From the IMG/VR virus record IMGVR_UViG_3300044620_000592, positions 1-64,000 of that record: a stretch of 64,000 bases of DNA; one strand, 5' to 3'. Positions 46,979-56,393 of this stretch are shown here, piece by piece; positions within the stretch are counted from its first letter, which is position 1; each line of letters begins with the position of its first letter. The notes under the pieces are model-generated. The model worked only from the letters and a program-made list of their open reading frames with translations, searched no databases and had not been told where the DNA came from. The position numbers and the translations under genes are program-made. The stretch is from a virus.

Positions 46979-47572
46979 TTACAGGTCGTCAATAATCTTG
47001 CCGTACTCGTAGTTAGTGTCTGTTGACACTGGGAGGATACGGAAAGAGACTGCAAAGACGGATGCCTCTGCTCTCTTCATGCTGATTGTTGATGATTCCA
47101 TTGAGATTGCTCTCTTTGTTCTGAACTTACGCAACTTCGTTACTGAAGCAGTTGAACCAGGGGCATTGCCCTCGATTTGTACTGCCTTTTCGAATGGGTA
47201 AACGCCTTGTCCACCAAACTTGAAAGTTCTTGTATTTAAACCGTCAAGTGTATTAACGATGTCTGCGCCACTTGAGTCGCTGTTTGCGATTTCCGTGTTG
47301 TAGCTCCACGCAATAGCGAGGTTTCTCAATGTACCTTCAGCCATAGTTGTCTTAACCATAACCTTAACTTTCGATTGAATAACCTTTGCTGCGTCACCGA
47401 ATTGATCAACCTCAATGTCAACCATGTCTGGCTGCCAAGAGATTTCCACACCACCTTGGGTGTAGCCAACATCGGTAAGAGCATCGAAATCTACACCTGT
47501 CATTGTTGTGTTGGAAGCTCCAACTTTAACGACTGCTTCACCGACTACGATATTTGCTGCTTCTGTTGCCAT
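46979..47572 (-). CDS. Major tail (tube) protein
   Basis: NIVVGEA...DVGYTQGGVEIS...IEVDQ...TTMAEGTLRNL; position. Confidence 0.85.
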   Translation of the reverse strand: MATEAANIVVGEAVVKVGASNTTMTGVDFDALTDVGYTQGGVEISWQPDMVDIEVDQFGDAAKVIQSKVKVMVKTTMAEGTLRNLAIAWSYNTEIANSDSSGADIVNTLDGLNTRTFKFGGQGVYPFEKAVQIEGNAPGSTASVTKLRKFRTKRAISMESSTISMKRAEASVFAVSFRILPVSTDTNYEYGKIIDDL

Positions 47573-47587
47573 TTTTTTTCTCCTAAA

Positions 47588-47782
47588 TTATTCGAGGAAG
47601 AAAATTTTCTTTCCTCTTCTGTCACGCCATTTAGCGATCTTTTTTACATGGTCTGGGTTGACCTCATCTTGCTTTCGACCTATTCCTAAGCCCTTTTGCC
47701 ATTCAAAATCGTAAGTTTTGGAACCCATCCTGACGGTATAACCTTCAGTTTTACCTATGTATGTAATAGTAGTATACTTCAT
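47588..47782 (-). CDS. Small hypothetical protein
   Basis: 64-aa ORF; TATGCT 8 nt before ATG. Confidence 0.6.
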   Translation of the reverse strand: MKYTTITYIGKTEGYTVRMGSKTYDFEWQKGLGIGRKQDEVNPDHVKKIAKWRDRRGKKIFFLE

Positions 47783-47803
47783 ATCTTATTAGCATACCAT
47801 ACT

Positions 47804-48220
47804 CTAATAAGAAGTTGAGTATATTCTAAAGCTTAAATCCATTTGATACCAGCCTTCTTTCTCCAAAGGCTCCAGCAACCCAGAACCTACAAATATTGCA
47901 GACTTAAATCTATGGTTACTACTCTCAATTCCACCACTATCTCCAATTGTATCACCTCTGCCCAAGAGATAAATCATTCTTTCAGATATTTTAAACATTC
48001 TATCAACATCACTATCATAAATTGAGTAAGTAATATTATCAAACCTATTCCAGTAGGACTCAACTGAAGGAATTGATGGATTAAAATAATAAACAATAAA
48101 CGGAGGAGGCTCTGTTCCATACCCAATAATTGGGAAGAAGTTCATGGTTTTTCCGGCAATCTGTTGAAGGACTGTATCTTCTTTTAGAAAAGTATTAACA
48201 TCATAAACACTTATTGTCAT
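47804..48220 (-). CDS. Tail terminator protein
   Basis: Position before major tail; PPFIVY motif. Confidence 0.6.
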   Translation of the reverse strand: MTISVYDVNTFLKEDTVLQQIAGKTMNFFPIIGYGTEPPPFIVYYFNPSIPSVESYWNRFDNITYSIYDSDVDRMFKISERMIYLLGRGDTIGDSGGIESSNHRFKSAIFVGSGLLEPLEKEGWYQMDLSFRIYSTSY

Positions 48221-48774
48221 CTTCCACCTGCTCTACTTCTAATTGATGGCAAATCTGACAAACCAGTTGAACCACCTCTTGGACCAAAGCCAAATCTCTT
48301 AATTGCATACTGCAAGTTCTCTAAAACAATTCTACGAGCATCCTGCTTCACTTCGTCAGCATGACCGCGCATGCTTGGTATCTTTGCAGACCATAAAGCA
48401 CTTGGGTATGGAGGAACAGACTCCGGCCTTAAAACCATTCTGTAAGCACCTCTAGATTTAACTCTATAGGCTTTTCGACCTTTCAAGAAAACCGAGGCAA
48501 CAATAAAGGCATCTGCTCCATTTCTTGTTTTCATACCTTTTTCTGGCTTAATTGTCAACTTATATCCTAAATCTCCACTTGGAGAAATTTCATATGCCAA
48601 GTATCTTGAAGCAGGATACATTGCATAAAGTTTTTGAGATATATTATCTGCGCTTCTGTACAAGCCAGATTGCTGAATTGACGCAATACGATTAGGAAAG
48701 CTATCAATCTTATTAATAAGCGCATCCATTTGCCTTGTTGCATTGGAGTTAATATTCATATTATACATTCTCAA
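48217..48774 (-). CDS. Neck / tail completion protein
   Basis: Basic protein between head closure and tail terminator. Confidence 0.5.
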   Translation of the reverse strand: MRMYNMNINSNATRQMDALINKIDSFPNRIASIQQSGLYRSADNISQKLYAMYPASRYLAYEISPSGDLGYKLTIKPEKGMKTRNGADAFIVASVFLKGRKAYRVKSRGAYRMVLRPESVPPYPSALWSAKIPSMRGHADEVKQDARRIVLENLQYAIKRFGFGPRGGSTGLSDLPSIRSRAGGR

Positions 48775-49135
48775 CCACCCTTCTTGTAGTGATTAGATAA
48801 TGATGTAATTTGCCTTTATAGCCCATGTACTTGCGAATGCTTATAATCTCTAATGGTCCAGACTCAAGGACAACCCCGGCTCTATCCACGACATTTTGAA
48901 TCCGATTGTTGTAAGTAATATACTGAGCATCTTGGTGTGAGACATAAAACTCATACTGATCAATGTTGTCAATATATGGCTCAATTCTTCTTTCGCTTCG
49001 CTGGGATTGGAATACCGCAGGTATCGTAGCAGCCTTGCTAAAAGTTATTGTCTTTTGACCAGCAGCATTATTACTGGTTATTTTTTCGTATACATCAATC
49101 TTGTGTACAAATCTTAAATAAGTTTTTGCACTCAT
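48761..49135 (-). CDS. Head-closure (stopper) protein
   Basis: Size, synteny, SPP1 gp16-like beta pattern. Confidence 0.6.
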   Translation of the reverse strand: MSAKTYLRFVHKIDVYEKITSNNAAGQKTITFSKAATIPAVFQSQRSERRIEPYIDNIDQYEFYVSHQDAQYITYNNRIQNVVDRAGVVLESGPLEIISIRKYMGYKGKLHHYLITTRRVVENV

Positions 49136-50046
49136 TAGACAACATAATCCATCACAAACAATGTGTAATCCATAAGCAGAACATCAGCCTCGATGTTCCC
49201 AGTTGTCTCATAGAAAGAGTCTTTCATGTAAACAGTAAGAGCATCCATTTCAACTCTTGTCATGCCATGCATTCTGTATTCCGAATCATTATTCATTGCA
49301 TCGGCAATCAGCAAAGAAGCGGCCTGCTTAACATTGTCGGGAATAAATCTCCAGCCAAAGTTGCCAATAATCTGGTATGTAGAGTCAAGATCCCATTTGC
49401 CCAAAACAAAGACTTGCTCTGGCAGGGATGTCTTCCTAAAGCGGATGTTATAGGTTGTATCAAAATTGAAAGGCTGTCTTACCTTCTCAACTTTATCAAC
49501 CGTTTCACTAAGAAGGATTAATTCATCGCTTGTTCCAAAGTCTTGGATAACAGATACTAGATCAGAAACCGGAATTGGGAGTCTCATGCTCGAATAGTTA
49601 TTGCCATTCATCAGCAAGGTTTTATTTTCATAATATTCAAAAGACTGTCCACAGTAGGTGTCAATTGTATTTTTTACCCTTTTGGCAATTGCCTCAAACT
49701 TGGACTCAAATTCATTCTCAAGCTCTGGATATTCATCAAAGAACTCAGCTGCCGTAATGTAGGGGGTAAAGACATTGATGTACTTAGATTGGGTGTATGT
49801 CACCCCAGAAACCGCATAGGTGAAATCAGCCTTGTAACGCCCTGAGGAATTTAAAATATAGATTCCAGAGCTTTGTTGACCAAAGGTGATTGTATAAACC
49901 CCTGTGCCTGTTCTGGTGGCGCTGGTTGGTCCTGAAACCAAATCCCCAAGCTCATGATACAGGGATACCGATACCAGATTTGATGTTGGGTCACTTGGTA
50001 GCGTTAGCGTAAGGGTTTTAGATGTGTTGATCTTTACTTCATCCAT
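49135..50046 (-). CDS. Head-to-tail adaptor with N-terminal Ig-like domain
   Basis: IDTYCGQSF...GW..IPDNVKQAASLL...TGNIEADVLL. Confidence 0.75.
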   Translation of the reverse strand: MDEVKINTSKTLTLTLPSDPTSNLVSVSLYHELGDLVSGPTSATRTGTGVYTITFGQQSSGIYILNSSGRYKADFTYAVSGVTYTQSKYINVFTPYITAAEFFDEYPELENEFESKFEAIAKRVKNTIDTYCGQSFEYYENKTLLMNGNNYSSMRLPIPVSDLVSVIQDFGTSDELILLSETVDKVEKVRQPFNFDTTYNIRFRKTSLPEQVFVLGKWDLDSTYQIIGNFGWRFIPDNVKQAASLLIADAMNNDSEYRMHGMTRVEMDALTVYMKDSFYETTGNIEADVLLMDYTLFVMDYVV

Positions 50047-50055
50047 TATGCTTTA

Positions 50056-50061
50056 ATTATA
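50056..50061 (-). promoter_or_regulatory. -10 upstream of head-tail adaptor
   Basis: TG-TATAAT, 9 nt before ATG 50046, no SD. Confidence 0.5.
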
Positions 50062-50087
50062 CAGCATATAGGTTTAGTTGGTAAATC

Positions 50088-50378
50088 TCAAAACCCCCAA
50101 AAATGTTTCAATATCGATAAACTTGCCAAAACCACCCAAGCGACATTGAAAAGGATGATTGTTGGAAGGGTCTTGCGTGTTGAAGTCCAAATAAGAGCAA
50201 CGCTGGAAATGATGGCAAAAATATATAACCACCAGAATTGCTTGCCGAGAAGAAGCCCTGGGAAGATAATTGCAATCTTGGTAGCAAAGCCACAAGCCTC
50301 TACTGTATTAACACTTGTCCAGTATGAGCGATTACTCATGGTCTTGACAGCATTAATTATTTTTTGAAAAAATTCCAT
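50088..50378 (-). CDS. Small multi-TM membrane protein
   Basis: Three hydrophobic segments. Confidence 0.65.
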   Translation of the reverse strand: MEFFQKIINAVKTMSNRSYWTSVNTVEACGFATKIAIIFPGLLLGKQFWWLYIFAIISSVALIWTSTRKTLPTIILFNVAWVVLASLSILKHFWGF

Positions 50379-51166
50379 TTTTTATTTTCTTTTTCTAAAA
50401 TTTCTAAGTCTGTTGATTTTTGTTTTTTTCTATAAAACAAATTTCTATCAGGGGCAATCAAAGAACCTTCTCCAAGTCCTGAAGCCTCTAAGAATCTACT
50501 ATAACTCTCATTACCCCAAACAATTCTCTTAAAAGAATCACGCCTAGTGATGGGAACAAGGTATTGCATCGGAGTTCCTGCGGGGATAGTGAATTCCTTA
50601 TCTGTGGTTATGTTCAACACAACATGTATGTGATGGTAATAATCTGTATGCACAACCCCAGGTACAACCGTGTAGTTAGGATTTGGCTCATGCAACATTG
50701 GCAATGCCATTAATGAAACACCTTTGTGAGTAATATAAAGCCAAGGGGAAACCAGTTTGGGGTATTGCGCCGTTGGTATTTTCTTCAGAGTTGAGAACGG
50801 ACATCCTTCAGAACTTTCATTATCAAATCCTTCAACTGCAAATCCCTTATCCCCATACCTAGACAGTTTTAACTCAAAACGCTTGCCATCAATTGCTGGC
50901 CTTACCGTAACATCTGTCCATAGGGGGATGACAATTCCATGAGTTATATAATCATACGTTCCTTGGCATCGTCTAATTGAACCTTTTTTCTTTGAAAGAT
51001 TTTTCCACCATGAGGGGAGCTGACTCCAAGGGAGGTATGGGGGCAGATGCATCAAACGATTATCAGTAGGAATGACAACAATCTCACCACGCTTGGGCTT
51101 AGGAATGTCTTTTTTATATTGAATAATTTTATATTTGTATTTGCCTGAGCGCCTCAGCATGATCAA
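50357..51166 (-). CDS. Conserved hypothetical protein (beta-rich, possibly dUTPase-like fold)
   Basis: PSWWK...RCQG.YDY...KLVSPW...PGVVHTD...IPAGTP; type recalled beside oxygenases in aquatic phages. Confidence 0.6.
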   Translation of the reverse strand: MIMLRRSGKYKYKIIQYKKDIPKPKRGEIVVIPTDNRLMHLPPYLPWSQLPSWWKNLSKKKGSIRRCQGTYDYITHGIVIPLWTDVTVRPAIDGKRFELKLSRYGDKGFAVEGFDNESSEGCPFSTLKKIPTAQYPKLVSPWLYITHKGVSLMALPMLHEPNPNYTVVPGVVHTDYYHHIHVVLNITTDKEFTIPAGTPMQYLVPITRRDSFKRIVWGNESYSRFLEASGLGEGSLIAPDRNLFYRKKQKSTDLEILEKENKKWNFFKK

Positions 51167-52589
51167 CCTTTGCTTGTGATGTTTGGTCTAGTTTAATATC
51201 AGAAATCAATTTATGAACATATTCTTCTGTTCCGTATGCTTTTATCATTTCTCTAGCCTTTTTTGCTGAGAGCAGTTTTTGACCTTGAGCGACATGGTAA
51301 AAATGAGGAACCAAAAACATTTCATAATTGACCGATGGGATATCATACAAGAAAGGAGGTCTCTCTTGCCATAGTTCTAAAAGATTTGTTAAATACCCTG
51401 GCTTCTTCATTAACTTTTGCTGTCTCCACATTGGGGTATCATCTCTATCTGAGATGTAATGAAGGGATATCATTGCCAATATATTTTCCATCATCATATT
51501 CATCTTATTGTTATAATCTTCTTCTATCTTCTTAGAGCCGTGATTATAAGTACTCAAGTTATGCATTAAGTATCTTGCTTGTTGGATTGTTGAGCCAATA
51601 GATGTTGCCTCAATAGGTTCAACAAAAGCAGCAGCAAGACCTACTGCTACGCAATTCTTTGACCAGAATTTCTTCAAGTGACCAGGATCAAATTTAAAAC
51701 TTCTTTTTGGTTCAACTTCACGACCTAAAAGTTCAGACACTTCTCTAACTGCTTGATCATCGGTGCAGTGATTTGAAGAATAGATATATCCATTACCCCT
51801 TCTGTCTTGAGTTGGTATTTCAAAGACCCATCCATTGGCTATTGCTCTTGCCCTTGTGTATGGTCTAATCTGACCGGAAGGGTCACTTTCAGTTGGGAAA
51901 GCTATTGCAGAATCCATTTGTAGATAATCTTTATAAGAAACCCATTCGGTATTGCCAATCTCTGACATCAGAGTTCTTTTAAAGCCTGTAGCGTCAATCC
52001 AGAAATCAGACTCAAAAGCCTCAAGATTATCTAGAACAACAGAATCGATATATCCACTTTCTGGATTTAAATTAACCTTAATCACTTCTGCGTCAATTAT
52101 TTTAATATTTCTAATAACGCACAATTCAGATAAATAATTATTCAAAGCAAAAGTATCAAAATGGAATTGATTTACTGATTGATGAGGATGGTTTGCATTT
52201 ATTTTATTTTCAATAATTCCTCTAGAGATCATATTTTCAGTCAGAGTTTTTCCGTCTTGGATCAATCCGTTATAGGCAGCATAATATCCAACAGGCTCAT
52301 GAACTTCAGTCCTTGAAACACTGTGGATATAGTCAGGGGTATGATTAGTCCAGTTCTCAAAACGAATACCGTATTTATGAGTAGCTCGCGATTTAACAAT
52401 CATCTCTCCAAGCGGAATATCGCAAATGTCCATAAACATGCGCCAGTGCTCAGTTGAGCCTTCGCCAACCCCAACTATGCCAATTTTAGAAGAAGATATC
52501 ATATTTATCTCCCTAAATGGGAATGCTTTTCTTAACATTAATGCAGTAACAAGCCCAGCCGTTCCGCTACCTACAATTGTTATTTTCAC
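51129..52589 (-). CDS. Tryptophan-halogenase-family flavin-dependent enzyme
   Basis: GSGTAG, GVGEGS, ATHKYGIRF (catalytic Lys position), DATGF, WVFEIP, FVEPIEATSI. Confidence 0.88.
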   Translation of the reverse strand: MKITIVGSGTAGLVTALMLRKAFPFREINMISSSKIGIVGVGEGSTEHWRMFMDICDIPLGEMIVKSRATHKYGIRFENWTNHTPDYIHSVSRTEVHEPVGYYAAYNGLIQDGKTLTENMISRGIIENKINANHPHQSVNQFHFDTFALNNYLSELCVIRNIKIIDAEVIKVNLNPESGYIDSVVLDNLEAFESDFWIDATGFKRTLMSEIGNTEWVSYKDYLQMDSAIAFPTESDPSGQIRPYTRARAIANGWVFEIPTQDRRGNGYIYSSNHCTDDQAVREVSELLGREVEPKRSFKFDPGHLKKFWSKNCVAVGLAAAFVEPIEATSIGSTIQQARYLMHNLSTYNHGSKKIEEDYNNKMNMMMENILAMISLHYISDRDDTPMWRQQKLMKKPGYLTNLLELWQERPPFLYDIPSVNYEMFLVPHFYHVAQGQKLLSAKKAREMIKAYGTEEYVHKLISDIKLDQTSQAKVDHAEALRQIQI

Positions 52590-53647
52590 AAATAAATCAA
52601 CCTTTCTATTGCAAGATTTGGATCAATTGCATAATCATCTTTATTATAACCTTTCGGACCCCTTATATCTTCAAGAAGATCAAAAAACCCTTTGCTTTCT
52701 GTATCAATATCATTTGCAAAACAGAATTGGTATACAACCTGTTCACAAATTCTTTTTTCTTCTTCAAGAATAGAGGAGGGAATTTGTGGTTTTTGTGGAT
52801 GGTTTAAAAACAAAGTGTTCAGCGACTTATATCTGCATTTATTATAGATATATTCTTTAAGAGATTCAGGCTCTTCAAAATTTTCGAATGGAATACTGGC
52901 TGAAAAATCAATTCCTTTTATATACCTAGCCAACTGCATATCAGGCTGTGAGGAAAGAATCTCCTCAAGAGTCTCTTGAGGCATATCGAGAGATTCCAAA
53001 AGCTTAACGGCTGCTAGGGCGATTTCCTCTGTGTTGTTGAATGGTTCTTTAGTTGACTCTGCCCATTCATGGATTAATTTAAACATCCCAGAAAGAGTTC
53101 GTGAACCAGAATACAAACTATGATGATCTGCATTTTTATTTTCTGTAGCTGTTGTTTCAAGTCTTGCAATATGGCCAATACCGCTAAAGTTTAAAATATT
53201 AAAAACTTTGGTATATGTGTACTGATTAGGAGCTGGCTCAAATGTAATACCGCCATACCTACCTGCATCACACCTTGTAAAATTAAATCTATTCACTTCA
53301 CTTCCATAATTTGAAGGAACAACACCGGAATTGGCAAAAATATAAAAATTAAATTTATCTAAACTTTTATTATTAAAAGTAGTAGCGCAATCTTCATATG
53401 TTGTTAGTTCAATAGGTCTAATTTGTTCACCCTTCTTGAAAATACAGTCATGAAAACTAACTGTTGCAAGAGGGTGAAAAGCAACTATTGAACCATTACT
53501 TATCGAAAAAATTTCATAACCAGAATCAAGATTAATATATCCATCTGGGGTGTTGAATTGAACTTCAAAATCATCAGTTAGGTCAGTAAAAGCGTAATAG
53601 TAGTATTTTGTTAAATCAGCTTCAAAGATATTTTTCATATAAACCAC
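52586..53647 (-). CDS. Hypothetical protein
   Basis: 353-aa ORF coupled between oxygenase and halogenase. Confidence 0.7.
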   Translation of the reverse strand: MVYMKNIFEADLTKYYYYAFTDLTDDFEVQFNTPDGYINLDSGYEIFSISNGSIVAFHPLATVSFHDCIFKKGEQIRPIELTTYEDCATTFNNKSLDKFNFYIFANSGVVPSNYGSEVNRFNFTRCDAGRYGGITFEPAPNQYTYTKVFNILNFSGIGHIARLETTATENKNADHHSLYSGSRTLSGMFKLIHEWAESTKEPFNNTEEIALAAVKLLESLDMPQETLEEILSSQPDMQLARYIKGIDFSASIPFENFEEPESLKEYIYNKCRYKSLNTLFLNHPQKPQIPSSILEEEKRICEQVVYQFCFANDIDTESKGFFDLLEDIRGPKGYNKDDYAIDPNLAIERLIYL

Positions 53648-54234
53648 ATTACCATACTATATTTTATACCATTCGTAACAGGGTGAGCTATATGGGTATA
53701 AGGAAAATTAGATGGGAATAAAACTAGACTATTCTTTTCTAATTTAATAGTTTTATTAAAGTATGGGAATTCCAACTCTCCTCCTTCAAAATCCTCACCA
53801 AAACATGCAACAAGGCTTAAAACCCTCTGGTTCTCTGAGCTATGGTCATGATGTGCATGATATTGAGCATTATTCTCATATTTAAGAAGTTGCATTCCAT
53901 CTGCTCCTCTCAAGAATAAATCATAGGATTTTCTATAATCCCAAATACACTGGTCAATTGATAGAAAAATTTTCTTATAAGAATCAGAAATCTCTTTTAT
54001 ATCCTCTACAACTTCATCCTGCAGAAGCGGGGATAAGGGGGCTTCAAGAGAGCTTCTATGTTCTGACTCTTGGGTACCGTAGTCACCCCCATCGCCAGTT
54101 ATAGATCTTTTCCAATCAAGATAGGGCCAAGGTTGTTGCGCTTGTTCTTCGAATTTTTCTATGAAGTTCCCAACATCAAAATAGTTTTTGTAAATCCAAA
54201 CGGCTGGCATTTCTTCTATTTTTTCAATCAACAT
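53635..54234 (-). CDS. 2OG-Fe(II) oxygenase (prolyl-4-hydroxylase-like)
   Basis: LLKY...HHD, FEGGEL.F, LFPSNFPYTH...PVTNGIKYS. Confidence 0.9.
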   Translation of the reverse strand: MLIEKIEEMPAVWIYKNYFDVGNFIEKFEEQAQQPWPYLDWKRSITGDGGDYGTQESEHRSSLEAPLSPLLQDEVVEDIKEISDSYKKIFLSIDQCIWDYRKSYDLFLRGADGMQLLKYENNAQYHAHHDHSSENQRVLSLVACFGEDFEGGELEFPYFNKTIKLEKNSLVLFPSNFPYTHIAHPVTNGIKYSMVMWFI

Positions 54235-54625
54235 TATAACTAAAACTTTCTAATATGTTATTATTTTGAATAATATTACAATTCTTAATTCCACTAAGGT
54301 TCTCTAAAATTAAGAATCTAGCTTTATGCTTTTCACAAAGAATAGGTCTATATTCAACTTTATTTACTTCTAATAAAATACCTTTATTAAATGAAATAAA
54401 ATCATTTTCATAAGATACTACTTGATGAAAATGTTTTTTTGCATTTTTATTATAAAAAATATAATTATTTTCTGGGACTTCCAGCACTTGAGATTTGGTT
54501 CTATCAAAATCTAGATTTTTAATTCCATCAAAAAGACCAATGTTTACTGGTAGATTATTGTCTTTAGCCAATATTTGCGCTTCAGCAATATTAGATTCGT
54601 TTGGACAAAAAATTATCCTTCTCAT
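54224..54625 (-). CDS. Hypothetical protein
   Basis: 133-aa AT-rich ORF in operon. Confidence 0.6.
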   Translation of the reverse strand: MRRIIFCPNESNIAEAQILAKDNNLPVNIGLFDGIKNLDFDRTKSQVLEVPENNYIFYNKNAKKHFHQVVSYENDFISFNKGILLEVNKVEYRPILCEKHKARFLILENLSGIKNCNIIQNNNILESFSYNVD

Positions 54626-54626
54626 T

Positions 54627-54860
54627 TTAAAGGTTCGAAATTTTCTCTTTAATTAAGTTATAGCGATTGTACAAAGTAAACAAGCGATACTCATTGCTTG
54701 GCGCTTCTCTTTCTGAGAGGGTACTTATTAGTGATTGGTCATAAGTATCAGGATCTTCACCAATGCTTAAAATTAAATTATAAATACTCATTTCAAGACC
54801 GGTTAAGGTAGATTCAAGAGCTTGCCTTTTTTGCTCATTTGTTAGTGAAAAATTAATCAT
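54627..54860 (-). CDS. Small helical protein (possible fibre chaperone)
   Basis: 77 aa directly after the Gly/His-rich gene. Confidence 0.6.
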   Translation of the reverse strand: MINFSLTNEQKRQALESTLTGLEMSIYNLILSIGEDPDTYDQSLISTLSEREAPSNEYRLFTLYNRYNLIKEKISNL

Positions 54861-54868
54861 TATTACTC

Positions 54869-56392
54869 CTATGCGTTAAGAATGGTAAGAACAGTTCCAT
54901 CACTACCAGACACTCCACTAAGTGTACCACCAGAAACGCTTGTTGTCACGCTTACTGGCTGGGTTTCTGTTAGGATAAGAATTCCTCCACCACCGCCAGA
55001 TCGACCATTGGCACCTGCTGTTGTTGATCCATTTGTTCCGGAAGTTCCTGCAGATCCTGCAGAGCCTCCAGCGCCACCAGATACAGGAAAATGCCCAGTG
55101 TGTCTTGCTGAACCAGCATAGCGATAATCATCATTGCTATGAACACCTTGTTGGTCGTGCCTTCCTCTAGCCTGATGTCCTCCATCTACAGGGTTTCCTT
55201 TAAAATCTACATGGTCTGGGCAGTTGTCATGCTCATGATAATAAACTTCAAAAATTGCTCCGCTTGTGTGAGCATGGTTGTAGGCTGTCCCCCCGCTGTG
55301 ACCGAATGGACCTCCGATTGTATGGTTTAAACCATTTTGATGGAAATAATCAGAAGCCGAAGCTCGCGGATAATGTGTCGTTGAAGCATGCCCATAGGCG
55401 GGAGAAGAACCCCCATGATGATTAGCAGGGTAAAGACATGTAGCGCCATGATGAGTTGTTGTCCAATAACCAAATGCATGATTTGATTGTATAGCGGAGA
55501 CAGGAGTGGTCGGTAATGCAGGGGCGGGAGTGCTGGCATGTGCCCCATGTACACCATCACCAGTTCTGTAATGGGCAATGTTGTCAGTAGTGTAAGAAAG
55601 ATGTTCAGTTGGAGCTGCTGACCCCGGACTTCCTGCTGCTCCATTTGTTGCGCCCGTTCCGGTAGCAGATGAGCCTCCTGTTGAAGCATTTGAACCTCTA
55701 GACATGATAGTACCAGAGCCAGTAATTAATTTGGCAATGACAACAACAACACCGCCCCCTCTTGCTCCTAATCCGCCTGCTGCGGCTGGAGGCGTTGAAC
55801 CAGCAACGCCGTTTGTTCCAGGGGTTCCTGCAGATCCAGGACCGCCAGGTGCCAGTGCATTTCTATTAAGAGTGCCTGCCCCCCCTGGACCTCCTGAAGT
55901 CGCACCAGAGCCATTAGCAGCAGGAGTAACTGTTCCAGCAGCACCAGTTTCTCCACCTGCACCACCTGTGAAAGCATTGAAGTTTCCAGATGCACTTACA
56001 TGACCACCATTTAAAATATTTTCAACATAAGCGCGAACGCTTGAGGAAACTTGTGATGCTGTGTATGTTACACCAGCAGCATTTCCTCCAATTGAGTTTG
56101 TTGTACTTGTTGCAAGAGGAGTTGTTCCAGCAACTGTGCCAGTATTAACAGTTGCTCCAGTATCAATTCCAATAGTTCCATTAAGAGTCAATGTGTTTTT
56201 TACAAAGACTTTAAAACCATTTGTGTTAAGATGAACACTATTGTTTACTGTTAAATTATCGTAATACATATCTCTAGTAAGAGATGTATTTGAGGCAATT
56301 ACAACGGTGCCATCTTGACCGCCTCCATACACAGAGTCATTACCAATTCTTTGAACTTTTGCCGGTGAGTTGTATCTTTCTATGCCAGTCAT
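54869..56392 (-). CDS. Gly-rich virion/fibre protein with His-rich insertion
   Basis: N-terminus paralogous to 56394..57143; GGAGG/GxxG tracts; 24 His in a ~180-aa central segment. Confidence 0.75.
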   Translation of the reverse strand: MTGIERYNSPAKVQRIGNDSVYGGGQDGTVVIASNTSLTRDMYYDNLTVNNSVHLNTNGFKVFVKNTLTLNGTIGIDTGATVNTGTVAGTTPLATSTTNSIGGNAAGVTYTASQVSSSVRAYVENILNGGHVSASGNFNAFTGGAGGETGAAGTVTPAANGSGATSGGPGGAGTLNRNALAPGGPGSAGTPGTNGVAGSTPPAAAGGLGARGGGVVVVIAKLITGSGTIMSRGSNASTGGSSATGTGATNGAAGSPGSAAPTEHLSYTTDNIAHYRTGDGVHGAHASTPAPALPTTPVSAIQSNHAFGYWTTTHHGATCLYPANHHGGSSPAYGHASTTHYPRASASDYFHQNGLNHTIGGPFGHSGGTAYNHAHTSGAIFEVYYHEHDNCPDHVDFKGNPVDGGHQARGRHDQQGVHSNDDYRYAGSARHTGHFPVSGGAGGSAGSAGTSGTNGSTTAGANGRSGGGGGILILTETQPVSVTTSVSGGTLSGVSGSDGTVLTILNA

Positions 56393-56393
56393 A

